A DNA stretch of 64,000 nt from an uncultured Armatimonadia bacterium (lineage in GTDB: Bacteria > Armatimonadota > Zipacnadia > CAVVLO01): assembly GCA_963749155.1 (NCBI GenBank), contig CAVVLO010000002.1, positions 480,001 to 544,000 on the forward strand. Direction: 5' to 3'. Positions 33,846-44,000 of this stretch are shown piece after piece. Under the pieces are notes generated by a model. The model did no database searches. It had not been told where the DNA came from and saw nothing but the letters and a program-made list of their open reading frames with translations. The stretch's first letter is position 1, and each line of letters begins with the position of its first letter. The position numbers and the translations under genes are program-made.

Positions 33846-33877
33846 AGGCGTTGCCCCCGAGTGCTGGATTGGGCCAA

Positions 33878-33906
33878 GGTTCGACGCGCAAAATAAAGAG
33901 CCCTCT
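33878..33906 (-). promoter_or_regulatory. Putative sigma-H-like promoter for the symporter operon
   Basis: Minus strand AGAGGG-N18-GAACC. Confidence 0.4.
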
Positions 33907-33910
33907 CCGG

Positions 33911-33939
33911 TTGACAAGCTTTCCACTTAGGCCCAAAAT
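33911..33939 (+). promoter_or_regulatory. Putative sigma70-type promoter for the epimerase/sulfatase-like operon
   Basis: TTGACA-N17-CAAAAT. Confidence 0.5.
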
Positions 33940-33961
33940 GCGCCGGATTGCTGGGTAAGGG

Positions 33962-33989
33962 GCAGGGAAAACCTCCCCTCTACAGAAAC
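33962..33989 (+). promoter_or_regulatory. Putative second (sigma-H-like) promoter for the same operon
   Basis: GCAGGG-N17-GAAAC. Confidence 0.45.
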
Positions 33990-34061
33990 AGCATCGCATG
34001 GCGTGCCCCTTCAGCGCCGACTAGTGAACTGTCATATAAAAGGTAAGGAGCTGGATACAGA

Positions 34062-34859
34062 ATGAAGCTAGGAGCCAACTCGGTTCTCTTCGGCGGTCAC
34101 TCGATGGAAGACGCCTTCAAGTATACGGCGATGGCCGGCTACGATGGCATCGAATTGTCCGCAATCGGCGGTATGAGCGAGCATCTCGTACTTGACCGCT
34201 GGCAGGAACTTGCCCCAGACATCAAGCGGATGGCAGCCGAATACGGGCTGGCGCTGCACGCGATGGAACAGCCCTCTCGCGACCCTGCAATTATGGAGAC
34301 CGCCTTCCAGGCAGCCGTAGAGATAGGCATCCCCATCGTGAACTGCGGCCCAGGCGGCACCAAAGGGGACGATGCCAGTCTGCAGGAAGTCATAGACTCA
34401 CTGGGGAGCCTGGCCGATATGGCCAGCAAGTATGGGAAGGTCCTCTGTGTGAAGGCCCATGTCGGCGCTGCCCTCTGGAACACAGAAACGACCTTGCGCG
34501 TAATGCAGGCCATCCCCAATCCCAGCTTCGGTATCGATATGGATCCCTCGCACATCTACCGAGAGGGAGATAATCCCGTCGAAGCGATTGCTGCCGTCAT
34601 ATCGCGCGTCCAGCATGTGCATATCCGAGACTGCAAAGGGCGCCAGCAGAATCCAGGTGTTCCCGCGAACCAGGCAAATGGGCGCGGCGACATCGATTTG
34701 CTCGGTTATATCCGGGTGCTTCATGAAAACGGCTACACCGGGCCGCTGGACCTTGAGGTTATCGGCGCGAAGGAATGCACTCTGGAAGAATGTTGCATCA
34801 TAGCAGCGGAGTCGCGCGGTCATATGCAGGCTTGCCTGCAAGCTTGTGGTGCTCGCTAG
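34062..34859 (+). CDS. Sugar phosphate isomerase/epimerase (xylose-isomerase-like TIM barrel)
   Basis: AGYDGIEL, GIDMDPSH, HVHIRD, GRGDIDL and GYTGPLDLE. The usual metal-ligand Glu of the 'lEnh' strand is Lys (CVKAH). Confidence 0.85.
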   Translation: MKLGANSVLFGGHSMEDAFKYTAMAGYDGIELSAIGGMSEHLVLDRWQELAPDIKRMAAEYGLALHAMEQPSRDPAIMETAFQAAVEIGIPIVNCGPGGTKGDDASLQEVIDSLGSLADMASKYGKVLCVKAHVGAALWNTETTLRVMQAIPNPSFGIDMDPSHIYREGDNPVEAIAAVISRVQHVHIRDCKGRQQNPGVPANQANGRGDIDLLGYIRVLHENGYTGPLDLEVIGAKECTLEECCIIAAESRGHMQACLQACGAR

Positions 34860-34894
34860 TCAGACCGTTATATGCCCAAGGGAGGGCCTAAAAT

Positions 34895-36268
34895 ATGGGA
34901 AACTGTTGTGGCAAGAAACCAAATATCCTGCTCTTTGGGATGGACTCACTCCGGCGCGACCATATGGGTTGCTACGGCTATCAGTTCAACACCACGCCTC
35001 ACATTGGCGAGTTCGCCGAGTTTGGCACACTGTTCGAGAACAGCTTCAGCCCGCATGTTCCGACCACCCCTGGCTATTCGAATATGCTGACCGGGATGGA
35101 CTGTTTCGGGACCAATGTCGTGGCGCTGGGCCATCAGGGTGACCTGCGCGAAGGCGTAAGGACCTTGCCCGAAATTCTTCGCGAGCACGGCTACACAAGC
35201 AGTTGTGTAGGCTTCCGCAATGTCGCCTCGCGCGGCTTCGACACCTACCTCGAATTTGACGGGTGGGGCGCTGGCGGAGACGGCTACGCTCACAAGGCCG
35301 AGGGGCTCAACAAGACCGCCATCCCCGAGCTTGAGCGGCTGGCCGCCCAGGACCAACCCTGGTTGCTCTTCCTCAGGCATATGGACCCGCATACCCCCTA
35401 TCTGCCGCCCTCTCCCTTCGAGCGGATGTTTTACGGGGGCAATGAGCTGGACCCAGACAATCACTCGATGGAGCCGGTCTTCGATTTCAAGCCCTTCTGC
35501 GACTATTTCGCCTCGTGGATGCCCAAGGGCCTCACTGACAAAGACTATGAGATAGCCCAGTACGATGGCGCCGTCGCCTATATGGACGCCTGCATCCAGA
35601 ATATCCTCATCAAGCTGGAAGCTCTCGGCCTTATGGACGACACCATCGTGGTCTTCACCGCCGACCATGGCGAGACCCTGTATGACCACGAGTGCTGGTT
35701 CGACCATCACGGCACCTACGACTGCACTCTGGTCGTGCCAATGATCATCGTCTACCCGAGGAAGATGCCCGCAGGCGAGCGCGCCGATGGTTTCTGCCAG
35801 CTCAAGGACCTGGTGCCGACGTTGCTGGAGCTTGCCGAGATCGAGGTTGAGGACAAGTTCGACGGGCATAGCCTGCTGCCGATGGCCACTGGCGAAGTGC
35901 TGACCTACGAGACCGAGCTTTACATCACCGAGTGCACCTGGATGCGCAAGCACGGTTGGCGCACCCCCGAGTGGAAGCTGATTGTGGCGCTGGAGCCTGA
36001 CTTCCATTTCAAGCCCCCGGTAGAGCTATACAACTTGCTCGAAGATCCCGAGGAATACAACAACCTCGCTGACGAGTTGCCCGAGGTTGTCGCCTTCCTG
36101 AGGGGCCGCATGGAGGCTTTCATCGCGAAGCGCACCGCCGAGACTGGCCTGCCCAATCCGATGGAACACCAGAGCCACTGGAAGGGCTTCGCCAGCTCCC
36201 AGGAGGCCTACGACACGCTGCACATCGGCAACCCGGGTGAGGCTGCCAAGCTCCAGCGCAAAGACTAA
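34895..36268 (+). CDS. Sulfatase-fold (alkaline phosphatase superfamily) hydrolase with Thr at the nucleophile position
   Basis: PNILLFGMDSLRRDH, SPHVPTTPGYSNMLTG, DPHTPY, TADHGE and ELYNLLEDPEEYNNLA. Confidence 0.85.
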   Translation: MGNCCGKKPNILLFGMDSLRRDHMGCYGYQFNTTPHIGEFAEFGTLFENSFSPHVPTTPGYSNMLTGMDCFGTNVVALGHQGDLREGVRTLPEILREHGYTSSCVGFRNVASRGFDTYLEFDGWGAGGDGYAHKAEGLNKTAIPELERLAAQDQPWLLFLRHMDPHTPYLPPSPFERMFYGGNELDPDNHSMEPVFDFKPFCDYFASWMPKGLTDKDYEIAQYDGAVAYMDACIQNILIKLEALGLMDDTIVVFTADHGETLYDHECWFDHHGTYDCTLVVPMIIVYPRKMPAGERADGFCQLKDLVPTLLELAEIEVEDKFDGHSLLPMATGEVLTYETELYITECTWMRKHGWRTPEWKLIVALEPDFHFKPPVELYNLLEDPEEYNNLADELPEVVAFLRGRMEAFIAKRTAETGLPNPMEHQSHWKGFASSQEAYDTLHIGNPGEAAKLQRKD

Positions 36269-36300
36269 GCGAATCAATTTTCCCTAAAGGAGAGTCTGAT

Positions 36301-37402
36301 ATGGCACTGAAAGTTGGGATAGTTGGGATGGGTGGCATCGGCAATCAGCATGCCGATTGCCATATGGCGGACGAGTTGTCCGAGCTCGTAGCGGTCTGCG
36401 ATGTGCAGAAAGACCGCGCCGACGCCGCAGCCGCGCGGGTAGGCGTTAAAGCCTATTACAGCCTGGCCGATATGCTGGCCAACGAAGAACTGGACGTCGT
36501 AGACGTGACCACCGGCGGTTACGAGAACGGCAGCTGGCACTTCGAGCCCACGATGGAGGCCCTGGCCGCCGGCAAGCAATGTGCTGTGCGAGAAGCCGCT
36601 GTCGAACGACATCGGCGAGGCTCGCGAGATGGTGCGGTTCGCCGCCGAGAAGAAGCTCTACCTCGGCTGCAACCTCAACCACTACTTCACCCCGACCGCC
36701 GCGCGCGCCAAGAAGTACATGGACGACGGCCTGATCGGCGAGGCGGTCTATCTGCTCTTCAAGATGGGCTTCGATGGCGGCGAGGAGACTTACGGGTTCA
36801 ACAACTCGCCGCGCTTCAACCAGCCCTACGCCACATGAAGGCCTTCCTGACGCATCCCTTCAGCGTGATGCGTTACCTCTGCGGCGACATCACCCATGTC
36901 CAGGCCTTCCCGACAAGCCCGGCTGTCCGCAAGAGCAAGGGCGACCTGCTGCTTTCCATCAACAGCGTCCACTGCAAGTTCGCCAGCGGCACAGTCGGCT
37001 ATCTGCTTAGCCAGCGCGGCGACGCGATGTGGGGTCTGGGCGGCTGGTGGAGCTGCGAAGTCGGCGGCAGCAAGGGCTCTTTCTGCATCGAGAACTGCAT
37101 CGAGAAGCTGACCTACTGGCCGGGCACCAAGCCCGGGCAGAAGACGGCCGCAGGAGCCGGAGAGTCCTCGATACTGGCATCAAGGACTTCGGCGCAGACC
37201 TTCCCCAGCCGGATCCACGCCTTCCTCGAGGACGTAACGGCCGGAGTGCATCCACGAGCACCTGCGCGCCAGCGGCCGGGATGCGCTCGCGACGCTGGAA
37301 TACATTTTCGCGGTCATCGAGTCTTATGAACTCGGAGGCCAGCTTGTGCGGCCGCATCCACTGCCGAATCTGCACGGCGATCCCGCTGTAGAACGTATCT
37401 AA
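36301..37402 (+). CDS. Gfo/Idh/MocA family oxidoreductase; several frameshifts (near 36577, 36832 and 37160-37255)
   Basis: LKVGIVGMGGIG Rossmann motif, VLCEKP in a shifted frame, and a C-terminus ASGRDALATLEYIFAVIES...VERI* read manually. Confidence 0.85.
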
Positions 37403-37432
37403 GTATCAGGCGACAAAGAAGGCGCATAACTA

Positions 37433-38439
37433 ATGGCATTAAGAGTGGCAGTCGTGGGGCTTGGCCCCATTGGCAACCTGCACTCCCGGATTTACAAAAG
37501 TGACAGCCTGGCCGAGTTGGTGGGGGTTTGCGACCGCATCCCCGAACGCGCTGACTCGGCCGCCGAGGCCTACGGGTTCCGGCTTTTACCGACGCCGAGA
37601 CGATGCTGACCGAGTTGAAGCCCGACGTCGTCAGCGTGGCGACCGGTGGCTTCGAGTATTCAAGCGACCACTATGAGCCGACCTTGCAGGCTTTTGCCGC
37701 CGGGGCACATGTCCTGTGCGAGAAGCCCATCTGCAACGACCTGGCGAAGGCCGCCGAGATGGTCGAAGCGGGCCGCAAGGCGGGCAAGTGTTTCGGCCTG
37801 GACTTCAACCATCGCTTCACACCCGCGGCCTATGCGGCGCACAAATGGGTGGAAGACGGCCTCCTCGGAGACCTGCTCTTCTGCAACATGGCGCTCTGGA
37901 TCGGCAAATTTGGCGAGTTCGAGACAGTCAACTATCACCTGAAGGCCCTCAATCCCCATTCGGTCAATATGATGATGTGGTATTGCGGGCCTATCGAGGC
38001 CGTGCAGTGCTTCGCCACCAAGGCGCCAGGTCGCAATATCTGGTCGTCGGCCTCTATCAACGTCCAGTTCAGCTCGGGCGTGGTCGGGCACCTGACCAGC
38101 AGCTATGACATCGCCCGCTCGCACGGGGTTGAGCGCTGCGAAGTCGCTGGCACAAAAGCGCGACTCATCGTAGACGATATGTGGAAGCAGTCGACCCTCT
38201 TCCCGGCAGGTTCGATGGAACAGCTTTCCTATGTGAATCCCGTCTTCGGCGGAGTGCGTGATTTCGATGATACCTTCCGCGAGCGTTTGCACTGTTTTCT
38301 CGCGCAGATCGCGAACGGCGCAAAACCTGAGGAAGTAGACGGCTCGGGCGCCGATGGGCTGGCAGCGCAGCGCGTAATCCACGCCGCCATTACCTCACTG
38401 GACGAAGGCAACCGCCTCGTCCGCGTTGCGGAAATCTGA
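37433..38439 (+). CDS. Gfo/Idh/MocA family oxidoreductase; frameshift near 37578
   Basis: MALRVAVVGLGPIG from ATG 37433 joins ORF 37603..38439, which contains HVLCEKP, FNHRFTP and GADGLAA. Confidence 0.9.
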
Positions 38440-38465
38440 CCAATTCTCCTGGAAGGAGCAACCAA

Positions 38466-39878
38466 ATGGCCTCTGGCAAGAGACCCAACCTGGTGCTGCT
38501 GGGCATAGACACCCTGCGCGCCGATCATATGAGCCTCTATGGTTATGACCGGCTTACTACGCCGCATCTCGACGAGTTCGCCTCGCGCGGGGCGGTGTTC
38601 AACAATTGCTTCAGCCCTCATATCCCGACAACGCCGGGCTATACTTCGATGTTCACCGGGCTGGATGTCTTCGGGATGGACGTCGTGGCGCTACGCCACC
38701 AGGGTGGGCTGCCGACTCATTACAAGACGCTTGCCGAGATTCTGGGAGAAGCCGGCTACAATACTTCGTGCGTAGGATTCAGCGGCAATCCGGCCTCGCG
38801 CGGCTTCCAGAAGTATCTCGACTTCAGCGGGTGGGGCAGCTTTACCAGTGGGCGCAGTCCCAAGGGCGAAAACTTGAACGCCGTCACCCTCCCCGAGCTT
38901 GAGCGGCTTGCAGCAGAAGAAGAGCCTTTCTTTCTGTTCCTCAGGCATATGGACCCGCATGCCCCCTATCTGCCGCCAGCGCCTTTCGAGCGGCTCTTCT
39001 ATCAGGGGGACGAGTTTGATCCGGCTAACCACTCGCTGGATCCGGTGATGACCTTCAAGCCCTTCTGCGATTTCTTCGCGAGCTGGTTCCCGCCGCACTG
39101 CAAGGACAAGGACTACGTCATCGCGCAGTACGATGGGGCAATCGCCTATATGGATGCAACCATCGGCAGTCTTTTTACGAAGCTTGCCGCCCTGGGCCTC
39201 GAAGAGGACACTCTGGTAGTCATCACTTCCGACCATGGCGAGAACCTCTACGACCACGAGTGCTGGTTTGACCATCACGGCGCTTATGACACGACGATGC
39301 ATGTGCCACTGGCCTTCGTGTGGCCTGGGCAGATTCCAGACAGTCTCTATTTCGACCAGACCGTGCAGTTGAAGGACATCACGCCGACCATTCTCGACCT
39401 GTTCGGAATCGCTTCAGGCCAGACCCAGGATGGCCATAGCCTTGCGCCGCTATTTGAGGGAGAAGCGCGCCAGGCCGAACCTGAGTTCTACTTCACCGAG
39501 GCGACCTGGATGCGCAAACATGGCTGGCGGACGCCCGAGTGGCTGCTTATCCGCGCGCTGGAGCCGGATTTCCACTTCAAGCCGCCGGTGGAGCTATATC
39601 ACCTGCCGACCGACCCGGAGCAACTGGTTAACATCGCCGACCAGCAGCCCGATGTGGTGGCCTTCCTGACCGCCCGGATGGAAGCCCATATCGCCAGGCG
39701 CGAGCAGGAGACCGGGCGCACCAATCCTGTATATACCAACCTCAACTGGAATGGGCATGGCGGGCCTTTTGCAACTTCTGAAGACGCCTACAACACTATG
39801 CATATTGGCGACCCCGACACCGCGAGCAAGCTGCAGGCGCAGGAACTCCAGACCCAGCGCGGCGCCAAAGAGCTGTAA
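38466..39878 (+). CDS. Second sulfatase-fold hydrolase with Thr nucleophile, paralogue of 34895..36268
   Basis: PNLVLLGIDTLRADH, SPHIPTTPGYTSMFTG, DPHAPY and TSDHGE. Confidence 0.85.
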   Translation: MASGKRPNLVLLGIDTLRADHMSLYGYDRLTTPHLDEFASRGAVFNNCFSPHIPTTPGYTSMFTGLDVFGMDVVALRHQGGLPTHYKTLAEILGEAGYNTSCVGFSGNPASRGFQKYLDFSGWGSFTSGRSPKGENLNAVTLPELERLAAEEEPFFLFLRHMDPHAPYLPPAPFERLFYQGDEFDPANHSLDPVMTFKPFCDFFASWFPPHCKDKDYVIAQYDGAIAYMDATIGSLFTKLAALGLEEDTLVVITSDHGENLYDHECWFDHHGAYDTTMHVPLAFVWPGQIPDSLYFDQTVQLKDITPTILDLFGIASGQTQDGHSLAPLFEGEARQAEPEFYFTEATWMRKHGWRTPEWLLIRALEPDFHFKPPVELYHLPTDPEQLVNIADQQPDVVAFLTARMEAHIARREQETGRTNPVYTNLNWNGHGGPFATSEDAYNTMHIGDPDTASKLQAQELQTQRGAKEL

Positions 39879-39903
39879 ATCGTACTAGTCCAACGCAGAC
39901 GAG

Positions 39904-39937
39904 AACGCCTCCCGGAGTTTCCGGGGGGCGTTTCTTT
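39904..39937 (+). terminator. Rho-independent terminator
   Basis: AACGCCTCCCGGA-GTT-TCCGGGGGGCGTT stem-loop followed by TCTTT, 25 nt after the operon stop and between convergent genes. Confidence 0.75.
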
Positions 39938-39956
39938 ATGGGGCAAGGGTTGTGAT

Positions 39957-41033
39957 TCAGGAATAGAGCCAGTCGAGGCCAATGCGCCTGATGCAGGCAT
40001 CCTGAAGCACTGCGCTATCGCGTCCACCACAGCAGTAAGCAAGCAGCACAGCCTCTTCAACGAAGTGGAGAGCCGTATAACAGAAGCCGCGCTCCGGGTC
40101 GTCCTCCAGCAGCTTTGCCTGGCCCCAGGTGCGCCCGTCATCCTGGCTGATTGCAGCAGCAAGCGGGGTGCGCTGCCAACTGGAAGGCTGGCGATCCATC
40201 GGATACGAGAGATCGTTCCATACTGCCAGCAGGTCGCCTGTCGAGGGGATACGCTTCACGCTCATAGGGGAGCAAGGAGCGGCAAAACGCGAGGGCAATG
40301 GGGCTGTCCAGGTATCACCGCCATCCTCGGAGAACAACTCGTATTGGAAACCTGCCTCGGTGCGACACCAGGCCCAGAGCCTGCCCTCTTTAAGTTCCAC
40401 TACGCCAGGCTCCTGCAGGCCAGAGGGGGTCTGACCTGGGAAGGCCCACCAGTCCTGCCCCTCGCGCCAGGTCCACCCGCCATCATCGGACAGGAAGAAG
40501 ACCGCGATACTGCGGAAATCCAGCGAATCATACAATCTGTCAGGATCGTTCACCAGTTTGGCGCGCAGTCGGTGATAGCCCGCCGGGGCGATTAGGCGAC
40601 CACTGGAAAGCTGCACCACTCGGTCATTATTTACTACGAAGTAGCCAGGCGTTGGCGTCGCCAAAATCGGCTTGCCCCAGGTCTTGCCCTCATCTCCCGA
40701 GACGCGCAGTCTCAGCCTGCAATCCAAAAGGCCGTTCTTGCGCAGATAGAAGAGCCCCAGTTTGCCATCAGACAGGCGCTCTAGAGAGACGCTCATCACG
40801 TTGCGACGCCCCTCGCCAGTTACAAGCACTCGGGGGCGACTGGACCAGGTGCGTCCGCCATCGTTGGACTCGATAGCGGCGATCTCGGCGCGCGCCTCAT
40901 CGGCCCAACTGTCCCCTGTGTAGCGCGACCAGGCGAACAGCAGGCGCCCGTCCGCAAGCGTTGCGAAGGCGCCCTCGGAGTTGCGCGGGTTGCCCTTACC
41001 GTGCGAGAGGTCCTTGACGATGTGGTTCTCCAT
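39957..41033 (-). CDS. Sialidase-like (BNR/Asp-box beta-propeller) protein without a signal peptide
   Basis: Five Asp boxes: SNDGGRTW, SGDEGKTW, SDDGGWTW, SEDGGDTW and SQDDGRTW. Also LQEP, QRTPL and FCYTA. Confidence 0.85.
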   Translation of the reverse strand: MENHIVKDLSHGKGNPRNSEGAFATLADGRLLFAWSRYTGDSWADEARAEIAAIESNDGGRTWSSRPRVLVTGEGRRNVMSVSLERLSDGKLGLFYLRKNGLLDCRLRLRVSGDEGKTWGKPILATPTPGYFVVNNDRVVQLSSGRLIAPAGYHRLRAKLVNDPDRLYDSLDFRSIAVFFLSDDGGWTWREGQDWWAFPGQTPSGLQEPGVVELKEGRLWAWCRTEAGFQYELFSEDGGDTWTAPLPSRFAAPCSPMSVKRIPSTGDLLAVWNDLSYPMDRQPSSWQRTPLAAAISQDDGRTWGQAKLLEDDPERGFCYTALHFVEEAVLLAYCCGGRDSAVLQDACIRRIGLDWLYS

Positions 41034-41045
41034 TGTTGCTACCCC

Positions 41046-44000
41046 CTACTCCGGATAGATTACCGCCAGGATGAACTGGTTCTGCCCCGTCACAGTCAGC
41101 ACCGACCTGGCCAGGAGGCGATTGTCCTGGCGCTCTGGAAGCACCCAAAGGCCCGTCCAGTCGCCGCCCTCTTCGCAGGTGAAAGCCCCTTGCTCTGCCT
41201 CCAGGTTGAACTGCACATACCCGTTGTCCAGCATCGCTTGCCGGCCAGGCAGCGGCGCCTCGCCGAAGTCACTGGGATCGACTTCGCTTGCCATCCAGGA
41301 GCAGCTTCGCCTTCGTATAGTCCACGAACCCGCCGGTGTGCATCCGCACGCCCAGCAGGCGGACTGACTTCAGCCCTGCCAGCGCCTGCGCGTCGGGCGC
41401 AGCCAACTCGGCGCCATATTCGATGCGGACTGGCACCTCATCGCGCACCAGCGCGGTGCGGGAGAGCTTCCAGCCAGGCGCCGGCTCGAAGCTCCACTCC
41501 AGCAGCACCCCCTCGGGCGTATGCCTGACCGAGACCAGCGTTGGAGCCGTAGTCGCCTCAAAGGTCCAATCAGGCCCTTCAATCTGGTCGGTTGCTGTGG
41601 TCAAGGTCTCGAACAGGTCGGGATGGTCGCCTGTATAGGCCCAGTTGACGTCCACCCCGTGGTTTACGCGAAACTGCGCCAGGATGACTGGCCCGCGCAT
41701 CACCATTACACAGCGCGCCGGCTGCTCAGGCCCACCATCGAGGCTGACCTGGCCCTCGGGCAGCGTGTCCCAGGCGTTGTCCAGCACCACCCGCAGGGGC
41801 AAGAGGAAGTCTGCCTCCACCCCATCGCCATGTTGCCAGCGGCGTTCCACCGTTGCATAACCATCGGCCTGGCTTACCGCCACCGGCTTGCCGTTTACCT
41901 TCGCGCTGACGAGGCCCGCCCAACTGGGCAACCGCAGCTTGACCGCGAACTCGCCGGCCTTCTCCGGGTCAATTCTCAGCTTCACCTGACCACTGGCGCG
42001 GCAGGTTGGCCTCGAGGCTGGCTTTCACCTGTTGCCCCGCGATGGGCAGAGTGACGCTGCTTGGCAGATAGTCGTTCACGTAGAGAGCCGTGGGGGAGGA
42101 CGCCCAGATATGCCTGGCTACTTCGTACAGTCCCTTGGTACCCCACCAGCCGCAGCAGAACCACCCATCGCCCCCGCGAACGGGCCCGGGCAGGCGATCC
42201 ATCGCGGTGAAGTTGCCATAATGATATTGGCTGTAGCGCAGGGCGTTCCAGTAGATATGCTCGGCCCGGTCGAAGAAACGTCCCTCGAGCGTGTTCTCGG
42301 CAAGCAGCAGCGACAGCATAAGCTCATCGGCGGTCTGGCAGGTCTCATCATGGGGGTCGGGCGTTCCCCCCGGGAAGGCTGTGCCGCGCCAGGGGATCTG
42401 CTCCAGCACGGCGCCGAAGCCCCAGGTGGCGCGATCCCAGACCCGGTCGCAGGCGGCGATGGCATCGTCGAGATAGCTCTTGTCGCCTGTTGCGGCGGCA
42501 AGCCAGACGAAGCCTCTGACCGTCGAGAGGTTAGCGTGGATATGCCAGCCCTCGTACTGCTGGCGCTCGGGGGGCAGGTCGCCATGGATCATCCAGGCCA
42601 CCCCGCCCCACTCGCGATTCAACTCGGCGATCTGTTTGGCTCTTTCAAGGAAGCGCGGCTCCTTGGTGCGCCACCAGAGCCACACCATCGCCTCGAGCGA
42701 ACCCTTACCCAGGTGGCCCACCGTTGCGCCTTCGCGGGAGAACTCTGCCCTCTCGCTGAAGTAGTTAGCCGCCCCCAGGTCGCCGTTGTCGAGGTAATAT
42801 TGATACCAGTCGGCGATGCCCTTGGCCGTCTCCAGCGCCTGCTCATCGCCGGTCAGGTCGTAGTATTCCATCAGCCCTGTGAAGACGGTCGATTGCCCCC
42901 AGATGAAGCCTGTGCGCACGGGGTCGCCGCCTACGAGAGAGCCGGGATACTTGCTCGTGAACTCCTGTTGGGCCCCCAGTGCATCTGCGGTCACTTTAAG
43001 GTCGAGGGCCACCTTCATCAGGCGGGAGAGCTTGCTGTAGGTGTCCAAATCGCGCCCGGCGGTCTCGTAGCCGCAGTCGGGCAGATGCCCGGCAACCAGT
43101 TGCTGGTCGCGCCCGTTGAAGGCCCACCTGTCCATATGGGTGCGGATACGCCCCTCCAGCTCGCCCTTGAGGGTCAGCTCCCAGGGGTCGGGTGGCTGAG
43201 GCCAGTCTCCAGCGTCAGCAAGCCTGACTGGCCTGGGTGGCAGAGCCGGTCGGGTAGATTCGGGCAAAGGCGGATAACCGATATGCCCCTTTCCATACTG
43301 CTCGTGTCCAGCCCCTACCCAGTAGAGGGGCGCCACGTCGTAGTCATCCCCCTGACGAACCAGGCGCGCGGGGTCGGCACTTGCGGCGTCTTCGGCACGG
43401 AAGACCCACACCTGATTGATCAGCGCGGTGTTATCGAAAAGTATGTTGGTATCGCTCGCCACGACCTCGAGCCAGCCGTCGCGGTTGAGGTCCTCGCGCC
43501 TGGTAGACACGCACGAAGGGGCGTTTGGGTCCCTGTGCATCGGTGGATTCGACCGCCACGTCGAAGTGATCCACAATCCGGCCATCGAGCACGACCTTCT
43601 GGACGCGCTTGCCAGGCTCAGTGTCGGCGTCATAGAAGCCAATTGCCACTGCGAACTTGCCGCCCCTGGGCACCGCAAAGTGGTAGCCGGCAGCCGCTCC
43701 TCCCCACCAGCCCATCATCGCCCAGGCGAAGCCGCTATCATAGCCCTCCGGCGGAGGCGCGCCGCGGGTGGGACTGCCTGTGCCGCGCGTATAGAAGTAG
43801 GTCCAGCCGTCCGGCCTGGCCAGCACCGGCGCCCGCTCGGCCTTCTCTCGCTGCGCAGCCGTGATCGGCTGGCCTGCCTTCACAAAATAGGGGGCCGGCT
43901 GGCTTGCGAGGTCGGGCACAGGCTGGGCCGACCCGATGAGGAACTCACTTGGCTTCAGCACCTGAGGTGTGAAACGGAATTCGTCCATATCGCCCGTGAA

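Noticed and set aside
33950..34015. Possible riboswitch-like leader (AAGGGGCA pairing with TGCCCCTT, with an alternative local hairpin)
   Set aside because: It matches no riboswitch I recognise, the pairing is short for GC-rich DNA, and the segment contains the recurring promoter motif. An Rfam/Infernal search would settle it.
35369..38960. Identical DNA stretches between the sulfatase-like genes (and similar ones between the LamG paralogues) as mobile-element repeats or misassembly
   Set aside because: Identity is short and confined to conserved coding motifs, while the rest has diverged, as expected for old paralogues.
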